Assembly (NCBI GenBank): GCA_947483975.1
Contig: CANKOL010000016.1
Coordinates: 1-32,254, forward strand
DNA: 32,254 nucleotides
Source of the DNA: Sandaracinaceae bacterium
GTDB lineage: Bacteria > Myxococcota_A > Polyangia > Polyangiales > JADJQN01
Direction: 5' to 3'
Below the pieces are notes generated by a model. It did no database searches. It was not told the DNA's origin and worked only from the letters and a program-made list of their open reading frames with translations. How positions within the stretch are numbered: the stretch's first letter is position 1; each line of letters opens with the position of its first letter. The position numbers and the translations under genes were made by a program. Positions 27,091 to 32,254 of this stretch are shown piece after piece.

Positions 27091-27953
27091 TCGTCTCGCG
27101 CATGACGGGCTGGCTCGGCTACGGCGGCATCGCGCTGCTGATCCTCGGCGTCACCATCGGCGTGATGCTCGTGCTCGTCAGCCCGCACAGCGGCCCGCGA
27201 AAGGCGTATCGCGACTACGAGGCGAAGCTCGAGCAAGAGCTGCGCTTCATGCTCTATCGCACGACCGGCGCGCGCATCGCCCGCACCCAGCTGATCGCGT
27301 GCATCGGGCTGCTCTTCTTCGGCGTGCTGATCGAGGACCCGATCATCGCGATCCTGGCGGTGCCGGTGGCCCTCGCGCCGCTCTATGTGCTGCGCTCGCG
27401 GCACGATCAGCGCGTGCTGATGCTCGAGGCGCAGCTCGATTCTTGGCTGCTGTTGCTCGCGAACAGCCTCAAGGCGACTCCGTCGCTCGGTGAGGGGATC
27501 GGCTCGAGCGCGAAGCTGATGCGCGCGCCGATGGGCGAGGAGCTCGACCTCGTGCTGAAGGAGATCGCGCTCGGCACTCCGCTCGATCAGGCGGTGATGA
27601 ACATGAGCGTGCGCATCAACTCGCGCCCCGTGTCCGGCGCGCTCGCGACCATCCTCGTCGGTCGGCAGACGGGCGGCGATCTCACGCGCATCCTCGAGGA
27701 GAGCGCCGCGACGCTGCGCGAGATGTCGCGGCTCGAGGGCGTCGTGCGGACGAAGACGGCGGAGGGCAAGTCGCAGGCGTACGTGCTCGGCGGCATTCCC
27801 TTCGTGCTCCTCGGCGCGCTCTACATGGTCGACCCGCACTGGCTCACGCCGCTCGGTGAGACGACCCTCGGCTACATCATCATCGGAGTCGCGACCTCGC
27901 TCTGGCTCGGCGCGATCATCCTCGCTCGCAAGATCCTCGCAGTGGACGTCTAG
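27087..27953 (+). CDS. tadB: TadB inner-membrane platform protein
   Basis: T2SS-F-like domain: QLDSWLLLLANSLKA, LGTPLDQA, QTGGDLTRILE, KTAEGK; GTGA overlap with cpaF. Confidence 0.9.
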   Translation: MIVSRMTGWLGYGGIALLILGVTIGVMLVLVSPHSGPRKAYRDYEAKLEQELRFMLYRTTGARIARTQLIACIGLLFFGVLIEDPIIAILAVPVALAPLYVLRSRHDQRVLMLEAQLDSWLLLLANSLKATPSLGEGIGSSAKLMRAPMGEELDLVLKEIALGTPLDQAVMNMSVRINSRPVSGALATILVGRQTGGDLTRILEESAATLREMSRLEGVVRTKTAEGKSQAYVLGGIPFVLLGALYMVDPHWLTPLGETTLGYIIIGVATSLWLGAIILARKILAVDV

Positions 27954-27967
27954 GGCAGAGGCTGCTG

Positions 27968-28885
27968 ATGCTTTTCAAACCCTCCTCGCTGACCGTCCTC
28001 ATCGGCATCCTCTCGCTCGGGCTGTTCGCGATCGGCGTGGCGTCGTTCGTCTTCGTGCTCGCGCGCAACCCGCCCGGCGTGCCGCCGCGGCTCGGCGCCC
28101 GCGGGCTCCGGCGTGCGCAGGCGCTCAAGGAGGGCGGGCTCTTCGCGATGATCGAGCCGCTGATGCGCGTCACCGCAGGCTGGATTTCGCATCTGCCGAT
28201 GCCGGACCGGCGGCGCTCGCTCGACCAACAGCTGGTGCACGCGGGCGACTGGCTCGGGCTGACGGCGGACGAGTACATCGCGCTCACGCTCCTCGCCGGG
28301 GCGTTCTTCACTGTGCTCGGGCTGTCGTTGATCACGGCGTTCGAGCTGCCCTCGGTGTTCGCGTTCTTCTTCGCGGGGCTCGGGCTGATCATGCCGTATA
28401 TGCGCCTGACCGGAGAGGTCGCGCGGCGCTTCAAGGAGGTCAATCGCTCGCTGCCGACGGCGATCGATCTCGCGGCGCTCTGCATGGGCGCGGGCCTCGA
28501 TTTTCCGGGAGCGCTGCGGCAATTCGTCGACAAGGCGGCGTCGAAGCAGGACACGCTGGTGCAGGAATTCGGGCGCATTTTGCAGGAGCTCGAGCTCGGC
28601 CGGACGCGGCGCCAGGCGCTCGAGAATTTCGCCGAGCGCTGCCCGACGGACGCGGTGCGCGACTTCGTCGGTGCGGTCGTTCAGGCAGAGGAGAAGGGCA
28701 ATCCGCTCGCGCAGGTGCTGCGGATTCAGGCGGGTATGCTCCGGATGCGGCGCAGCATCATGGCGGAAGAGAACGCAGCGAAGGCCGCCGTCATGATGAT
28801 GGGGCCCCTGATGCTGATCTTCTGCGCGATCATCATCATCCTGCTCGGTCCATTCATCGTGAACTCGATGGGCAAGGGGTTCTGA
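27968..28885 (+). CDS. tadC: TadC inner-membrane platform protein
   Basis: LPTAIDLAALCMGAGLDF, ELELGRTRRQAL, VVQAEEKGNPLAQVLR, AEENAAKAAVMMMGPL. Confidence 0.9.
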   Translation: MLFKPSSLTVLIGILSLGLFAIGVASFVFVLARNPPGVPPRLGARGLRRAQALKEGGLFAMIEPLMRVTAGWISHLPMPDRRRSLDQQLVHAGDWLGLTADEYIALTLLAGAFFTVLGLSLITAFELPSVFAFFFAGLGLIMPYMRLTGEVARRFKEVNRSLPTAIDLAALCMGAGLDFPGALRQFVDKAASKQDTLVQEFGRILQELELGRTRRQALENFAERCPTDAVRDFVGAVVQAEEKGNPLAQVLRIQAGMLRMRRSIMAEENAAKAAVMMMGPLMLIFCAIIIILLGPFIVNSMGKGF

Positions 28886-28892
28886 GGGAGTC

Positions 28893-29759
28893 ATGGACGC
28901 GTACGTCGAGGTCTTGCGGCCGGATGGCACTGCCGAGCGGCATCGGATAGAGGGCGAGCAGATGACGCTCGGGCGCTCGCCCGCGGCGGGCATCACCGTC
29001 ACCGGCGTCGACGAGCTCGAGCCCGAGCATCTGCTGGTCGCGCCTCGACCTGACGGCTGCTGGGTCGCCATCGCGAAGGGCTCGCGCGTCGGCGCGGTCG
29101 TGCGCGGCGCGGCGTTCGAGCACGGGCTGCTCGCGTGGGGCTCGGAGATCGAGATCGGCTCGATCAAGCTCAAGGTCAGCAACACGGAGCCGGGCGCGGC
29201 GAAGGAGCAGAAGATCAGCATGCCGATCGCGCTCGTCGCGTTCGTCGCGATCGGGCTCGCGGGCTGGATGCTGCTCTCGGATCCGAACGGCGATCTGCCC
29301 GAGACGGCGGCGACGGCGCCTCCGCTCTTCGGTGCCCTGCCGACGTGTGGCGCGGACGGACCTGCGGCGCTGCACAACGCGGGTGAGGCGGCGGAGGCGG
29401 CTGCGGCGAAGAGCGAGCGCTACGTGTTCAGCGCGCAGGACGGCGTGACCGCGGTGGCGCTCTACGGCAAGGCGCAGGTCTGCTTCGGTCAGGCGGGGCA
29501 GACGAACGACGCGCGCCGGATGCAGACGGAGCGCGAGGCGCTCACGCGGCGCATCGAAGAGGACTACACGACGCATCGGCTCCGCCTCGAGCGCGGGCTG
29601 CATCTGCGGCACTTCGACGACGCGCTCGCGGAGACGCGCTCGCTGCGCGCGCTGACGCGTCACCTCGCGGGGCCTTACTCGGAGTGGCTCACGCTGCTCG
29701 AGCGGCGCCTGCAGATGCTGGTGGACACTGCAGCGCTGAAGGCGGCGAGCGCCAAGTGA
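28893..29759 (+). CDS. Membrane protein with degenerate N-terminal FHA domain and helical periplasmic domain
   Basis: MTLGRSP...LEPEH...EIEIGSIKL FHA-like pattern; TM (IALVAFVAIGLAGWMLL); two Cys in the C-domain. Confidence 0.72.
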   Translation: MDAYVEVLRPDGTAERHRIEGEQMTLGRSPAAGITVTGVDELEPEHLLVAPRPDGCWVAIAKGSRVGAVVRGAAFEHGLLAWGSEIEIGSIKLKVSNTEPGAAKEQKISMPIALVAFVAIGLAGWMLLSDPNGDLPETAATAPPLFGALPTCGADGPAALHNAGEAAEAAAAKSERYVFSAQDGVTAVALYGKAQVCFGQAGQTNDARRMQTEREALTRRIEEDYTTHRLRLERGLHLRHFDDALAETRSLRALTRHLAGPYSEWLTLLERRLQMLVDTAALKAASAK

Positions 29760-30541
29760 GCGCCTCTCGGCGCGCGTCGCCGCTCGGCTTCGCCGCGGTC
29801 GCTGCGCTCGTGCTCGGTGCGTGCGGCGGTGCGAGCGGGCTGCGCGAGGGCGCGCCGCCGACCGATCCCGTGTCTGAGGTGAGCGCGGAGCGGCTCTTCG
29901 AGACGGGGATGTCGTCGGCCGCGCAGGGCGACCTCGTGCGCGCAGAGCAGTACCTCGCGGCCGCCGGCGCGCGCGGCTACGACGAGACGAAGGTGATCGG
30001 GCCGCTCGTGCGCGTCTGTGTCGCGGCGTCGCGGCTGCGGCAGGCGCTGGTCTACGCGCAGCCCTACCTGCGCACGCACGCGGACGATTGGCGGCTGCGC
30101 TTCGTCGTCGCGACGGTGCACCTCGGGCTCGACCGCGTGGACGAGGCGCGCGTGGAGCTCGAGCGCGTGATCGTGGCCGCGCCGGACGTGCCTGAGCCGC
30201 ACTTCGTGCTCGGGATGCTGCTGCGCGACCGGCTCAGCGACGAGGCGACCGCCAAGCCGCACCTCGAGCGCTACCTCGCGCTCGCGCCCACGGGCGCACA
30301 CGCCGACGAGGCGCGCAGCGCGCTCTCGACCCCGCTGCCGCCGGAGCCGGTCCAGACGCCGATGCCCCCGGTCCAGACGCCGATGCCGCCGGTCCAGACG
30401 CCGATGCCGCCGGTCCAGACGCCGATGCAGCCGGTCCAGACGCCGGTGCAGCCGGTCCACACGCCGGTGCAGCCGGTCCACACGCCGGTGCAGCCGGTCC
30501 ATGCGCCGATGCAGCCTCCTACCGCGACAGGCACCCCGTGA
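29756..30541 (+). CDS. TPR lipoprotein (TadD/pilotin-like) with Pro-rich heptad tail
   Basis: Lipobox VLGAC; TPR-like helices (PEPHFVLGMLL; YLALAPTGAHA); GTGA coupling at both ends. Confidence 0.78.
   Translation: MSASRRASPLGFAAVAALVLGACGGASGLREGAPPTDPVSEVSAERLFETGMSSAAQGDLVRAEQYLAAAGARGYDETKVIGPLVRVCVAASRLRQALVYAQPYLRTHADDWRLRFVVATVHLGLDRVDEARVELERVIVAAPDVPEPHFVLGMLLRDRLSDEATAKPHLERYLALAPTGAHADEARSALSTPLPPEPVQTPMPPVQTPMPPVQTPMPPVQTPMQPVQTPVQPVHTPVQPVHTPVQPVHAPMQPPTATGTP
30347..30514 (+). repeat. Coding tandem repeat, 8 x 21 bp
   Basis: Unit approx. ccggtccaSacgccgRtgcMg, encoding PV[QH][TA]P[MV][PQ]. Confidence 0.95.
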
Positions 30542-31662
30542 TCCCGAAAGAAGTCTTCGAGCAGACGCTCCTCGCGTTCTTCGAGCCGATCAAGCCGTTC
30601 CTCGACGACGCCTCCGTCAGCGAGATCATGATCAACGGCCCGTTCGACATCTACATCGAGCGCAAGGGCCGGCTCCACAAGACCGAGGCGAAGTTCGCGT
30701 CGCACTACGCGCTCGCCGCCGCGCTGCGCAACCTCGCGCAGTACGTCGGGCGGCACGTCGACGAGGAGCGCCCGATCCTCGAGGCGCGCCTGCCGGACGG
30801 CTCGCGCGTCGAGGCGGTGATGCCGCCCGCCGCGCCCGATGGGCCGTCCGTCGCGATCCGGCGCTTCTTCAAGGAGACGCTGACGGTCAAGCGGCTGCTC
30901 GACTTCGGCTCGTTCACGCAGGACGCCGCGGATTGCATGGAGGCGCTCGTCGCCTGCAAGCAGAACATCGTCGTCGCGGGTGGCACGGGCTCGGGCAAGA
31001 CGTCGCTGCTCAACGTGCTCTCGTCCTTCGCCGCCATCGACGAGCGCGTCGTCGTCATCGAGGACTCGCGCGAGCTGCAGCTGCAGCGCCCGCACGTCGT
31101 GCAGCTCGAGGGGCGCCCGGCGAACGCGAAGGGGCGCGGCGCGGTGACGATCCGCGACCTCTTCAAGGCGACGCTGCGTATGCGCCCGGACCGCATCGTC
31201 GTCGGCGAGATCCGTGGCGTCGAGGCGCTCGATCTGATTCAGGCGATGACCTCCGGTCATGGCGGTTGTCTGACGACGGTGCACGCGAGCTACCCGATCG
31301 ACACCTGCAACCGCCTCGAGACGATGGCGCTGATGGCGGACGTCGGGCTGCCGCTCTTCGCGCTCCGGGCGCAGCTCGCGAGCGCCGTCGACGTGATCGT
31401 GCAGACGTCACGCCTCGCTGACGGGGCGCGCTGCGTCACGCACATCACCGAGGTGCGCGGCTACGATCCGCAGGGCGGCTATCTGCTCGCGGACCTCTTC
31501 GTGCGCGAGTACGACGGCAAGGACGCGACGGGGAAGGTGCTCTCGCGCCTCGTGCCGACGGGCGAGCTGCCGAAGAGCCTCGAGATGATCCGCGCGCATG
31601 GGCACGAGCTCCCGCAGATCATGTACGACATGGCCGAGCGTCGCGCGGCCGGGCAGCGCTGA
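30538..31662 (+). CDS. Second TadA/CpaF-family ATPase (short, no FHA)
   Basis: VSEIMING, ARLPDGSRV, Walker A GGTGSGKTS, IEDSREL, RPDRIVVGEIRG, GHGGCLTTVHA. Confidence 0.92.
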   Translation: MIPKEVFEQTLLAFFEPIKPFLDDASVSEIMINGPFDIYIERKGRLHKTEAKFASHYALAAALRNLAQYVGRHVDEERPILEARLPDGSRVEAVMPPAAPDGPSVAIRRFFKETLTVKRLLDFGSFTQDAADCMEALVACKQNIVVAGGTGSGKTSLLNVLSSFAAIDERVVVIEDSRELQLQRPHVVQLEGRPANAKGRGAVTIRDLFKATLRMRPDRIVVGEIRGVEALDLIQAMTSGHGGCLTTVHASYPIDTCNRLETMALMADVGLPLFALRAQLASAVDVIVQTSRLADGARCVTHITEVRGYDPQGGYLLADLFVREYDGKDATGKVLSRLVPTGELPKSLEMIRAHGHELPQIMYDMAERRAAGQR

Positions 31663-31719
31663 GCGCCGTGCGGAGCATTCTGCCGCAGGGGGCTGAATAT
31701 TCGCTAAGATGGCGGCCGG

Positions 31720-32254
31720 ATGGCTGAGTCGCGCAACGGACCGCAGGTACGACCCGCTCCCACGGCTTGGGCTCGCGTGAGGCTCCTCAAGGGAGACTCG
31801 GCGGGCGGACTCTGGGATGTGTCGAGCGATATTCCCGAGGCGCGCATCGCGATCGGCTGCGATCCGCGCTGCGGCTGGATCGTCAACGGCAGCGGCGTCG
31901 CGCCGTTTCACTTCGAGGTCTATTGGGACGGCAGCGTCCTCTGGGCGGGCAACAGCGCGGGCGCGCCGGACGTTCGCCTCGACGGCGAGGCGCTCGGGGA
32001 TTGGCGCCCGATCAGCGGGCGCGCGCGCATCGAGTTCGGGCGCGCCGCGATGCTCGTCGAGGCGTCGGAGGCGGCGCCGCGCAACTCCGCGGTGCCGTCG
32101 TCGCGCGACTCGAGCACGCCGCTCGCCGACGAGAACACGCGCATCGCCGCGCCGATGAACGAGCGCCGCGAGGTGTACGCCTCGGGCAACAGCGCGCTGA
32201 TCAAGATGCCGCCCGCGCACGAGCTCGAGCTGCCCGCGGACGGCGGCGCGACGC
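31720..32254 (+). CDS. Partial gene with degenerate FHA-like domain (runs off window; absent from ORF track)
   Basis: Manual translation: MAESRNGPQ...RIAIGCDPRCGWIVNGSGVAPFHFEVYWDG...VRLDGE...RIEFGRA; open to the window end; TAAGAT 9 nt upstream. Confidence 0.7.
   Translation, partial: MAESRNGPQVRPAPTAWARVRLLKGDSAGGLWDVSSDIPEARIAIGCDPRCGWIVNGSGVAPFHFEVYWDGSVLWAGNSAGAPDVRLDGEALGDWRPISGRARIEFGRAAMLVEASEAAPRNSAVPSSRDSSTPLADENTRIAAPMNERREVYASGNSALIKMPPAHELELPADGGAT

Noticed and set aside
30347..30514. Possible CRISPR array
   Set aside because: Contiguous 21-bp units with no spacers, in frame within a CDS, and no cas genes.
25366..31662. ATPases as VirB11/TrbB of a conjugation system or T2SS GspE
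   Set aside because: Context is Flp pilins, CpaB, TadB and TadC; no VirB4, relaxase or Gsp genes.
128..32220. Many long alternative-frame and antisense ORFs in the track (e.g. 128..1621, 1755..3305, 12669..14819, 16222..18084, 23949..25568, 25165..26934)
   Set aside because: Arg/Ala-rich shadow frames expected in high-GC DNA; each overlaps a gene with clear family motifs.

Overview
Very GC-rich bacterial DNA whose gene content (FrzS-like pseudo-receiver next to an ECF sigma/ZAS anti-sigma pair, Hanks-type kinase, FHA-rich Tad locus) points to Myxococcota, possibly Polyangia (inference). The left half (1-15 kb) holds mixed genes: a secreted repeat protein, YfiM-like and DUF4190-like membrane proteins, a sulfotransferase, a KamA radical SAM aminomutase, an rlmI-led minus-strand operon, tatA, a PhaR-like regulator and the ECF/anti-sigma/frzS cassette. 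The right half (15-32 kb) holds a membrane Ser/Thr kinase with about 14 beta-propeller blades, divergent from a roughly 14 kb Tad (type IVc pilus) operon behind a sigma54-type promoter. That operon has two Flp pilins, a prepilin peptidase, three minor pilins, an unknown membrane protein, CpaB, a secretin, an FHA-fused TadA, TadB, TadC, a degenerate-FHA membrane protein, a TPR lipoprotein with a heptad repeat and a second TadA, followed by a further degenerate-FHA gene running off the window; no TadZ is present. The best candidate for an undescribed system is a kinase/FHA-gated, two-motor Tad pilus resembling the myxobacterial Kil predation machinery. An in-frame duplicated gene end with a hairpin directly after a UGA (4780-4846) is a second oddity. 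No rRNA, tRNA, CRISPR or mobile element was recognised. Family calls rest on recalled motifs, not database searches.
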